In this document: positions 24,051 through 33,691 of the stretch, in pieces
Layout of the letters: the number at the start of each line of letters is the position of its first letter
Position numbering within the stretch: the stretch's first letter is position 1
Source: Vicugna vicugna
Taxonomy: Eukaryota
Length of the DNA: 33,691 nucleotides
NCBI GenBank assembly: GCA_013265495.1
Contig: MU061579.1
Span: 5,352,980-5,386,670, forward strand
Direction: 5' to 3'
Notes under the pieces: generated by a model
The model's database searches: none
The model's input: the letters and a program-made list of their open reading frames with translations, nothing else
What the model was told of the DNA's origin: nothing
Position numbers and translations under genes: made by a program

Positions 24051-26334
24051 CACAGGGTGTGGATTCTTGGATAATCACATATTTATGTTCAAACTTGATT
24101 CTACTAATTAATTCTGATCATTATTTGTATTCTCTATTGCTAGAGAATAAATTGATTTAAAGGACAGCATTTCTGAGTAGTTTTATCCTAATTCCTATGA
24201 CCTATATGTTTTAAGTGTACTCAAGAAATATAGGTTGATTTTAATTCCTAGTTTTGGCCTAATATTTGACTTCAAATATTTCTTTGTGAACTTACATATG
24301 TTTTCAATCCCAATTTTCATTGACTGATTTCTATATCTGCTTCTACATTTGAACTGGCGTACCTGTGTTAGAATACATAATCTTAGTAAAATTTGTTTAA
24401 ACAGGAAAAAAAAAATCCTTGAGGCAAGTCAGAATAGTTGAGTAAGTAGGAATGAATGGAAATGTTCTTGGAAATATTATGTTGTAAGATCAGTCAGTTT
24501 CTGAAAAATATAATTAATACTATAATTAAAATTCATATGAGTAAAACAGATATCCAAAAGCTTAGTTCAGAGAGAAAGAAATGTAAAATTTCACAATACG
24601 TGAAAGACATTTTATAGGCTTTAAATTAAAAATCACTGATGTTAAAGAAAAAATTTTTTATAGCTGTATGAAAAGCATAGATGCACTGGGGAGATATAAA
24701 ATTGACTACATTCAGAGAAATAGAGTGAAGAAAATAAGTGAGACTATCACAAAATGTGGAAATTAGGTCATGTCTCATGGTAAAAGTCAGAGGACTGCTC
24801 AATTGTGTTTCAAGAGAAATGTAGTATATAAGAGATAGAAAAGTAATAGGAAAGCATTTTTCAGTTTATTTTAGTTTTTAGTTAAGGAAGGAAATTTTGT
24901 CATCCCAAAACAATATAAGACAATATAGATAGCACAAAACTGATTTTTTTATTATTTTTAAAAATTTGTAGTTATTTCTGTTCCTACTAAGTATCCTGAA
25001 TAAATATTAACCAGGATGCAAAATTGGAAATAGAGAATCAGAAAGAAAAATGCTCTAGATTTACTATCAATCCATACCTCACTGTGATCTATTTCTTTTA
25101 ATTCAGTATACTTTGTCCTTAAAATTTTGCCCCATTATCCTATGATTATTATCATCATCATCCAAACTGACTTTTTTCTTACCATGTATGCTGGCCTAGT
25201 CTAATATCAATTAGGTTGTTGAGACTTATGTTTCCCAGGTTTTCATTCCAAAAAAGAGTCAGACAAATAAAAAATATGCAATATTTAGGGGATAAAAATA
25301 AAGCAGCAACCATTTTGCTCTGATGGCTGCTGTTGACTAAAGAAAATGAGAGATTAATACAGACATGCTAGTGACGTCCGGCTCTTGCTCTTTCCTCCAT
25401 CATCACGAGCTCTCCTTTCTGATTGCTGGCCTTGCTGATGTAACAGCCACTCTTGGCTCAAAAATGTCTTTTTTTTTTTCAGTCTCTGGAAAGCAGTAGC
25501 CACAAAGAGAACACAAAGCCAGCATCAATAAAGTTAAAATAGAGATAAATGAAACAATAGAATGCACTAAAAAATAATAAATATCTTTAGAAACATAACA
25601 GAAACCTACTGTGTTAACTAGAAGTGAAGTTATAGGCATATTGAATTCTTCATACAAAACAGGCATGAGAAGCTGGAAACTATTGTCTTGAGGAGAAATT
25701 TTGACTAACAATATTCCAACAGATTGTAGCATTAATGTATTTCACTAGAAGTAAACTTATCTCTCTCTTTTTGTATTAGTTTGTCTTTGTTAGTATTTTT
25801 TTTTAATTTTAGTTATTTAACACATCTAGACAGAAAATTTATGTGAAGCAAGGGGCTGAATCTTACCAAACTGAGGATGGCAGTAGCCACAAAGAGACAA
25901 CACCCTGCTGTAGGCTTGTGCAACATGTCCCCATCAAACTCCTTCTCTAGAAGCTGGGTGGACCTAGCTCTAGATTTCCCTGGTAACCCCAACTCTACCA
26001 CCTACGCCAGGGCTGGATGCTGACCTTTCCTGGATCTTTCTAAACCCCTTTTTAGAGCTTTCATTTCCTCGTTCCTTCAAAATTGTGTAAAGTAGACTCC
26101 CTTGTTTCATTAGTCCCATAGTGTCCATGCTTCACGAATAGAACTCTGACTAACACAAGTTCACATCATATTCTAAGTTCTATCATGTACAGCTTCTTAT
26201 TCTGTCATAGCTACCTTTACACCATATTCTATTTTTTTTTTAATTCAGTCACATTACAAAAACAATTTTCTTTCTATTTAGCTAAACCTAGTTTTGAAAA
26301 ACAAAAATACCATCAAGCATGTCTCTGTTATCCA

Positions 26335-26475
26335 AATCAGGCTATTCATCTACAAGCCTTGGACAACTTTCTGAGAAATATCCATTCCAGACCTTTAAAA
26401 TCAGAATCAACTGATGCGTGTATTTTATATAATGTGTATTTTAAACTACGTATTTTAAATACTCATCAGTGAAGT
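26335..26475. mobile_element. Possible MER5-like (hAT-Charlie) remnant
   Basis: ccattccagacct...aaatcagaatc...tgtattttaa resembles the MER5 central region. Confidence 0.35.
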
Positions 26476-26534
26476 AAAAGTATCAGCTCTGTGATACAGA
26501 ATTATAGTTAAATTCATGTTATTTTAATAATAAT

Positions 26535-26680
26535 AATATGGATTTGAATCCTGGTTCATCCACTATGTAACTTGTGAAAGTTTCTTAATCTCTCTAAGCA
26601 TTATTTTCCTCATATTAAAATAGAATTAACAATACTACCTAACAATGTTGTAACAGGATAGATTACATAGTTAGTGTTTA
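26535..26680 (+). mobile_element. MIR SINE fragment
   Basis: ggatttgaatcctggttc...cact...ttcttaatctctctaagc...ttttcctcat...taaaat...aatactacct matches the MIR B-box region and core. Confidence 0.75.
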
Positions 26681-26944
26681 ATTACTAACAGATTAATTGT
26701 GGTTAAATAAGCTAATGATTATAAAAATGATTGTATTATAATGTTAAAATTACTGAATAACAGAATCAGTCTGAAACACTATGTGGTCAATCTACAACAT
26801 AAATCCATCCAAATTATCTCATTGTTGCCACTGACAAAAACAAGTCACATTTCCCTTATTCCTTTAACAAAAGTATTAGTTATCCTAGTAATTCTATGCT
26901 GGAAATCTTGACACAATCCTAGAATTTTCCTTCTTATTGTTATA

Positions 26945-27125
26945 AACATTTGTTCTAAGTGCCAGGATATGTCATTGAGAAAATAGACAAATTCATGCTC
27001 TCATGAGAAAACTTATATTTTAGTGGAGAAAAAGAGAAGAAAATGAAAAATACTTAAGAAACAATATACTAGGTAGAAGGTGATTATTGTTAAAGAGAAA
27101 TATAAAGCAGAGAAGTCTAGAGGAA
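26945..27125 (-). mobile_element. LINE-2 fragment
   Basis: tgttctaagtgc...gagaaaatagacaaattcatgctctcatg...cttatattttagtggag matches the antisense L2 3' region. Confidence 0.65.
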
Positions 27126-27499
27126 GTGTCAGCTTTACTGAGGATAGAGTCAAATGTAAGAACAAAGTGGCTGCATGTTGGATTTAGGCAGAAGGACCAT
27201 GAAAAATATTATAGGCAGCTTTGATTGTTAATGTATACAGGAGAATTCATATTACCCACCACAATACCAAACATTTTCTTGAGAAATGTGTTATAAAAAT
27301 ACTAAAAATTAACTTATTTATAGATTTTTTTTTAAATTGATAGTGTCATTCACAAAGAAATCCTAACAGTTTTTCTATGGATTATAAATGTAGGCATTTG
27401 CCATCATTAAAGTGGGATTCTAAAGATAATTACATTTTAATACTCTATGAGATCTGACTAAACACCTTCAAAAAATGAAGATGCAAACAACAAAACAAA

Positions 27500-28590
27500 T
27501 AGAGTGAAGCAATGATAAAATTTAGTCTTTGTTTCTGATAAAAAATATTTATCAAATTAGGAATAGGAAGGATTTTGTCATATTTAACAAAGGATATCTA
27601 CAGAAAAGAAAAGAGAAAAACAAGAAACAAAAAACCAACATATTTCATGGTGCTATTCTAGACTTTACTCTAAGATTGGAAATTAGAAGATAATGTTAAT
27701 TTATTAATACTTCTGTTCAGCAGTTTACTGGAAATTCTAGCCTCAGGTAAAGGACAAAGAAAATATAAGAAATAAAAGAAATAAAGCTATATTCTCAAAT
27801 GATATGATTATGAATGCAGAAAATCTAGAAAAATCCACAAATAAATTCATAGAACATTTATAAGTTAGCGAGTTTATGGGAATGGCTGGATAGAAGGTCA
27901 GTGTACAAAAATTTGAATTTTTATGCATGCTAAATAACAATTAGAAAATAAAATAGGAAAATAAAATAATTTGAAATAACATCAAAAGCATTAGATACAT
28001 AGGAATGAATCTACCCAGAAAAAAACATATGGTGCCATTAAACAATATGAAAACTTAAATGTAAATGTAAATGCTTATCAATTGATAGGCTCAACATTAT
28101 TAGGATAGCATTGTCCCCAAATAAATTAAATGATTTGATACAATATGAAACAAAACCTTATGGTTTGTTTTTGTTGTTGTTATGTGTTGTTGTTGTTTTA
28201 ATTTTGTTAGAATATTGACATTCTGAAATTTGTATGGTGATTCAAAGAGCAAAGAATAGCCAAGACAATCCTGAAGACAGATAACAAGGGAGTGGAGTTA
28301 TTTTATTCTCTTAAATATAAATATTTAGTATAAAGTCATATTAATTAAAATACTGTTTTATGGGTAGTAAGATAGAAAAATAGATCAATGGCAAAGAATA
28401 ATGTTTAGAACAGACCAATGCATGGGTGGACAATTGATTTTTGACAAAAATAATATAGTAAAGTACTGAGGAAAGTCTGGTCACCTAATAAATTTCAATA
28501 AATGTTACATGTAGAGAAAAAATGATGTTTAACAATCATTCCACACCATACACAAATAAACTCCAGGTCCAATATTTATGTAAATTTGAA
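27500..28590 (+). mobile_element. Old LINE-1 ORF2 internal fragment (reverse transcriptase to downstream region), with an internal (TTG)n-like tract at about 28160-28200
   Basis: Landmarks aaattaggaataggaagg, tactggaaattctagcc, gatatgatt, agaaaatctag, aagaatagccaagacaatcctgaag, atagatcaatgg and caccatacacaaataaactc in ORF2 order. No open frame. Confidence 0.85.
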
Positions 28591-29459
28591 CATGCAATGG
28601 AGAAAAGATAGTCTCTATAAATAATGCTGGAAAAACTGGACAGCCACTTGAAATAAAATGAAAATAGATCACTCTCACACAATGCACAAAAATCAATTCA
28701 AAATGGATTAAAGACTTGAGTGTAAGATCAGAAACTATGAAACTCCTGTAAGAAAACATGGGCAGTATGCTCTTTGACATCTGTCTTAGCAATGTCTTTC
28801 TGGATATGTCTCCCCAGGCAAGGGAAATAAAATTAAAAATCAACAAATGGGACTACATCAAACTAAAAAGTTTTGGCACAGCAAAGGAAACCATCAATAA
28901 AATGAAAAGGCAACCTATACACTGGAAGAAGATATTTGCAAAACAAATATCTAATGAGTTAATATCCAAAATGTATTCGGAACTCACACAACTTGAAAGC
29001 AAAGCAAACAACAGGAATAATGAACGAGCAGAGGATCTGAATGTTAGAAAGAAGACATACAAAAGGTCAACAAATATGTCAAAAGGTACTCAACATCACT
29101 CATCATCAGGGAAATACAGATCAAAACCATGGTGAGATATCATCTTGCACCTATTACAATAGCTATTATCAAAAGGATGAAAGATAAGTATCAGTGAGGA
29201 TGTGGAGAAAAAACCCTCGAACACTGTTAATGGGAATATAAATCAGCATAACTATTATGGAAAATAGTATGAAAGTTCCTCAAAGAATTAAAAATTGAAT
29301 TACCACGTGGATTCCACTCCTGAATGCATACCCAAAGGAAATGAAACTGTATCTCAAAAACATGTCTACACTCCCTTGTTCATTACAGCATTATTCAGAA
29401 TAGCCAAGGTATGGAAACAAACTGTGGCCATTGATGGATGAATGGATAACGAGATTGTG

Positions 29460-29519
29460 GTATATATGTCTGTGTGTGTATGTCTGTGTGTGTATGTATG
29501 TGTGTGTGTGTGTATATAT

Positions 29520-29570
<51 letters not shown>

Positions 29571-29573
29571 TAT
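29460..29573. repeat. Compound microsatellite: imperfect (TG)n followed by perfect (TATT)n
   Basis: Seen directly; about 13 TATT units at 29517-29570. Confidence 0.95.
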
Positions 29574-29981
29574 AATGGGATATTATTCAGCATTTAAAAA
29601 GGAGATCCTGCCATTTGCAACAACCTGATAAGCCTGGAGGGCATGATGCTAAGTAAGAGAAGCCAGACACAGAAAGAAAAATACTGAATGATCTCTTTTT
29701 CATGCAGACTCTAAAAAAATTGAATACATAGAAGCAGAGAGTAAAACAGTGGTTACCAGAAGTAGGGAAGTTGATCAACGGATACAAACCTACAGTTACG
29801 CAGGATTAATAATTCTAGAGATCCTAACATAAAGCATGATGACTGCAGTTAATAATACTATGTTGAATACTGGAAATTTACTGAGAGTGAATTTCAAGTG
29901 CTGTCACGACACACACAAAAATGATAGCTATGTGAGGAGATGGGTATGTTGATTATCTTGACTGTAGTAATCATTTCACTA

Positions 29982-30029
29982 TGTGTGTGTGTGTGTGTGT
30001 GTGTGTATACATATATATATATATATATA
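29982..30029. repeat. Compound microsatellite (TG)12 plus (AT)9
   Basis: Seen directly, within the L1 3' UTR. Confidence 0.95.
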
Positions 30030-30769
30030 ATCACCATGTTGTATACCTTAAAGACGTATATTTTTTATTTATACATTTCAGGAAAAAAAATAAATTAAAA
30101 AAAAAAAAAAGGAATGTAACCTAGGAGTCATATGTTGAATGGATTAGTGAAAGTCACTTCACATTTCATGATTTGTTTTTAAGTGCCTAATACATCTATT
30201 ACTATCCCATATCATTTAATGGCCATGTACTTTTAATTGTTTTAGATATACATAATCTGAGAAAACAGAACAGAACAAAATAAGAAGATACCTAAATAAA
30301 AAGAAGAGGGAAATCATATCTAGTTATCTAGTTAGTTGCAATGCCTATTGCTTCTCTTTTTCATTTTTTTCATAGTAGTATTAATTTTGCTGATTTCAAT
30401 AAATAGTACAAATGTGCATGAGGTAGACAATGGAAAATTAAATGAATTCTTTAGAGCCCATATTTTTAAAGAAATGATAATGGTAGAAGGGATTATATAG
30501 AAGTGATTTAGAATATTTTCCCAATTTATGTTAGTAGTTTTATCGATGTCCTCTCCTAGAGGAAAATGGAAAATTAACCAAATGTTCTCCCACAGAGAAC
30601 AGTAAGAAACTTGTTCGTTACTCTACATTTTAACAACATCTATGACTTTCTGTCCAGACTTCATGAACCAAGCAATTTCTGAGTGATTCTACAAAGTTGT
30701 TGGCAGGTCATGCAAGAGAAGAAACAGAGATCATTGTTTATTAAGGATGAACTTCTTTTTGCAAAGTCC

Positions 30770-30957
30770 TGCATCTTTATCTTAGTTAACCTTCTCACCA
30801 ATCTTTCTTGCAAGGTAAATTTGTCATTCCCACTCTATGAATAGACAGGTTGTATTATCTGCCTAAGTTCAAGCTGAAAATGTATAGCAGAGCCTGCAAT
30901 TGAACCCAAGCTTACATGATTCTGTATTGAAAGCCCTTTCTGCTCTGCCACACAGCT
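30770..30957 (-). mobile_element. MIR SINE fragment
   Basis: attcccactctatg...tgcctaagtt...gcagagcctgcaattgaacccaag...ctctgccacacagct resembles antisense MIR. Confidence 0.6.
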
Positions 30958-31501
30958 AGTTAAATAATATGTAGAAATTAAATGATGTCAAGTGTAGGAG
31001 AAAGCGAGCAGGAGGAACTTTCAGATACTTTAACCTCTTGTAGAATAATGGGCTGGCCTTGAAGGAAAGGACAATTTTAAACTTGATTTGGAAGAAAATG
31101 ATTATTGAAAGTTAAACATTAAAACATTAAAATATTCTCTAGGGCATTCATCTAGATTATGTATTTATACATGTAATAGAAGTTTGATAGATGATTAATA
31201 GGCATTTTCAAGGTAAGGAGATTTAGTCTTACAAGAAAATCATTGATTAGTGCTTAATTGTTTTTTAGGAAATTCAAATTTGCTTTCTAAGATTTTTGTC
31301 AACATTTAACAAGAAAATGTTTTAAAGGAAAATTTAAAGAAAGAGAAAGCAACTGTAATTGCATCAATGTGTGTTTTAACATCAGGGTTCCTTTTAGACC
31401 TCAAATAATTATGTCCCCTATGCTATAGATGCACAGAAGCATCTCTTCTCTCAAGCAAAATGTGTAGGTCAATATAATTCAATGATTAAACACTTACATG
31501 T

Positions 31502-32698
31502 TGTTAAATAAAATCAAATCTGAACTTAGTATTAAGAGACTTTCTTGAAAAGGACTATTCCAATGAGGGGAAAGAGACTGTTGCAAAAGGAAGACTTTCA
31601 AGAACCTCAAAGTGCAGGCAGCAAGGATTGTATATTATAGGGAAGGGCAAATAAGGCTAGAAAGAATGGATATAGGTGTTAGAGGAGGCAGGTAGCTGGA
31701 TGTGAGCAGAGAAAGGGGGGCATGGGGCAAATGGTAGGAAACCATGCATCTTGTGAACAGCTGGGGTCCTTGGGCAGACAGAAAAGCAGGAACCTCCGGC
31801 TGATGAGAAATCCTACATTTTGGGGATGACAGGTGTCCTTTAGGCAGGCAAAGAAAAGTGGGAAAAGGCAGGAATCTCTAGCATCCAAACGTACACTTTT
31901 TTCATTATGCCCTCATTACAATAAAATTAGAAGTATCCATCTTGCATCAAAGCCATGACACTTCCGATCCAGACTAAATAAGGACAGAATCCCTCCTTCT
32001 TTCATGAAGATGGAGCTGGGATGATAATCAGGGAATACGACCCCAAGTCCCTCCCTCCCCAATGAATATTCTGCCCATTCATTTTTACATTCTGTGTAAC
32101 CAGCTTGCGAAAGAAACTCAGGGCAGCTGCTCACCTCAGTCTACCTGCTCTCCCCTTGAGAGTGTACTATCATGTATCACTTAATAAATCCTCACTTAAC
32201 TTTCTTGACCCCTGTGTCTCGTCTTTCTGTAATGAGACAAGAACCTAATCTCCAGCAACATAGGGTGTGGGAGACATGACTAGAGGACCAGTCGTCAGGG
32301 AATGATTTTCCTTGTGTTCAGCAGGTTCTCAGGAGAGACCATTAAGGAGGGATTGTATGCTGAGATGAGTCAAAATTCAGGACCTGGAGAAAGAGAAAAA
32401 GCTTAACTAAAGTTTGGTCAAGTTAGTTAACAATCACTTTTTTTTACTATTCATCAATGGGAACCAGCAATTCCACTAATCCTTTACAAAGAAGCAAAGA
32501 ATGGGTATTTGGAGAGTCTGTGTCTGTCCTTTTCATATGTAAATAAGGGGGATATCCATGAGTCTTATGGAGACTCTGAGGGAGAAAGGAGGAAGAATGG
32601 TTCTTTGCAGTAAGACGTTTCCTGAACAAAAAAAGAGGGCATTTTTAGCCTTGGCTGATCCCAGGAGCAGAACTCAAGTTAACAGCTTTATGTTATCA
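31502..32698 (-). mobile_element. ERV1-class solo LTR (MER110/MER90-like), about 609 bp net, split by a nested LTR
   Basis: TG at 31502 and CA at 32697-32698. Identical 4-bp flanks ATGT (31498-31501, 32699-32702). Motifs actaaagtttggtcaag, gcaaagaatggg...ttggag..tctgtgtctg and tggttctttgcagtaag recalled from this family. Confidence 0.8.
31677..32260 (+). mobile_element. ERV1-class solo LTR (584 bp), nested
   Basis: TGTT...AACA termini, TSD TAGG (31673-31676, 32261-32264), AATAAA at 32183-32188 after gagagtgtact, and a U5-like gagacaagaacc end. Confidence 0.9.
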
Positions 32699-32806
32699 AT
32701 GTGAATCATTTTTCCCTTGTGCGATTTTTCACAAAATACAGTCAAAACCTCTAGCCAACTCACAACATACTTGCAAACAATTAAGAAGTAAAAATAATAT
32801 AAGCTC

Positions 32807-33128
32807 TTTTAAATCAATTAAACAAGGAGGCCATTAGACTGAGGTGGCTCTGATGACTGGCAGCCTATGTGAGCAAACCAGAATCTAAGCGAGTTAAGTG
32901 TCTCGAGCTTTTGAAATTGAAATCAAGGGACAACCAGTAATAAACAGCCAAGTAGGCTTTAAGCTATGGTTCATCAATAATGTCCTTACGTGGCTTCTAC
33001 CCTTTCTGTAATAGTCTTTCCTGGCTCCTGTCGGGGTAGTGCTCCTAACCACTTCCTATTTGGTACTTCAGATTGCTTTTTACTCAAGTAAACTTAAAAA
33101 AATTAATGTCTTAGTTTATCTTTTAATA
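32807..33128 (+). mobile_element. ERV1-class solo LTR (MER34-like)
   Basis: aacaaggaggccattagactgaggtggctct, gcaaacc, aacagccaa.taggcttt, gctcctaaccacttcc and agtttatcttttaa match recalled MER34-type LTRs. TSD GCTC (32803-32806, 33129-33132). Termini decayed to TT...TA. Confidence 0.82.
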
Positions 33129-33518
33129 GCTCAAATCTCGAGCATCTTTTCAGGTCCAACACACTTAATCCTCCAACTACTGAGAAGTCTTAACTGTCAA
33201 GACTTGTTCCTAAGTCGGAGTATTCAGGACAAATCACTCTGTATCCTTAGGCCATATATTTGTGTCATGCTGTCCAAAGACTTGCTTTCTGAGGGTAGAG
33301 AGAAGGCTTTTGGCCAAATATTTTAGGTACTCAAACAAATGACAATTTAATTAGTTTTAGAAATGTTTATAAATCTTGCTTATTTACTGATCTGAGATAA
33401 GCTTTTATTCAATTAGTTTGAATTGCACCACTTGACCACACTATAAAGATGTCTGTATCACAGGATTGTTTGAGAGCAATTAACCAGTCAAGTTAAATAG
33501 GCTGTCTAAAAAGTTAAT

Positions 33519-33691
33519 GGAGAGAAGAGGCAAGATGGCGGAGTAGAAGGACGCTCGTAAGTCACCCTCTCCCACAAATACACCAAGACCCACATCTACA
33601 GACCCACTCAGCCAACCAGAGCACCTGCGGAACTCCAACAGATCATCGCCCTCTTCAAAAGATAAAGACGCCAAAAATCTGGTAGGAGAAA
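33519..33691 (+). mobile_element. 5' UTR (internal promoter) of a young, possibly full-length LINE-1, running off the window
   Basis: Purine-rich start then CAAGATGGCGG (YY1 motif, 33531-33541), characteristic of L1 5' ends. Several CpGs are retained, in contrast to the rest of the window. It is preceded by ct|aaaaagttaat, resembling an L1 endonuclease site. Confidence 0.85.

Larger units (their letters stand above)
28591..30110 (+). mobile_element. 5'-truncated LINE-1 (L1MA-like) with 3' UTR and A-rich tail
   Basis: ORF 28758-29135 gives GSMLFDICLSNVFLDMSPQAREIKLKINKWDYIKLKSFGTAKETINKMKRQP (L1 ORF2), and YYSAFKKEILPFATT lies near the ORF2 end. An L1MA-type 3' UTR follows, then an A-rich tail at 30083-30110. 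Stops and frameshifts present. Confidence 0.95.

Noticed and set aside
25403..25732. 109-aa minus-strand ORF with a hydrophobic stretch as a membrane protein
   Set aside because: No recognisable homology; the hydrophobicity follows from the T-rich strand composition.
25871..25893. CTGAGGA-TGGC(agta)GCCA-CAAA hammerhead-like arrangement
   Set aside because: The catalytic GAAA is CAAA, the stem II closing pair is atypical, and no stem I partner was found.
26440..26470. Minus-strand CTGATGA-GTATT(taa)AATAC hammerhead-like arrangement
   Set aside because: It is followed by GTAG rather than GAAA, with no stems I or III.
28758..29135. 125-aa ORF as a functional gene
   Set aside because: It is a fragment of L1 ORF2 bounded by an upstream stop and frameshifts in a truncated element.
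1..33691. A novel multi-gene system, operon or CRISPR array
   Set aside because: Repeat-rich mammalian non-coding DNA. There is no ORF over 125 aa, no regularly spaced repeat-spacer array and no recognisable non-L1 protein.

Overview
AT-rich, CpG-depleted mammalian (eutherian) genomic DNA that looks intronic or intergenic. I can support no intact protein-coding gene, RNA gene, CRISPR array or prokaryotic-type system. The listed ORFs are either decayed LINE-1 ORF2 pieces or probably chance ORFs. The window is a layered fossil record of transposable elements: several 5'-truncated LINE-1s, a Tigger2-type MITE with intact TIRs and TA duplication nested in an L1, MaLR and ERVL solo LTRs, MER20, MIR and L2 fragments. 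At the right end are three ERV1-type solo LTRs, one nested in another and each with a readable 4-bp target-site duplication, followed by the CpG-retaining 5' UTR of a young L1 that runs off the window. No Alu, B1/B2, Bov-tA, CAN or ERE SINE is recognisable, and the L1 5' end resembles, from memory, camelid L1, so a cetartiodactyl (possibly camelid) origin is suggested but unverified. The best small-scale observation is a locally templated A-B-B-A insertion in a MaLR LTR (about 13052-13122). Repeat family names come from recalled consensus similarity, not a database search, and boundaries are approximate unless TSDs or TIRs are quoted.
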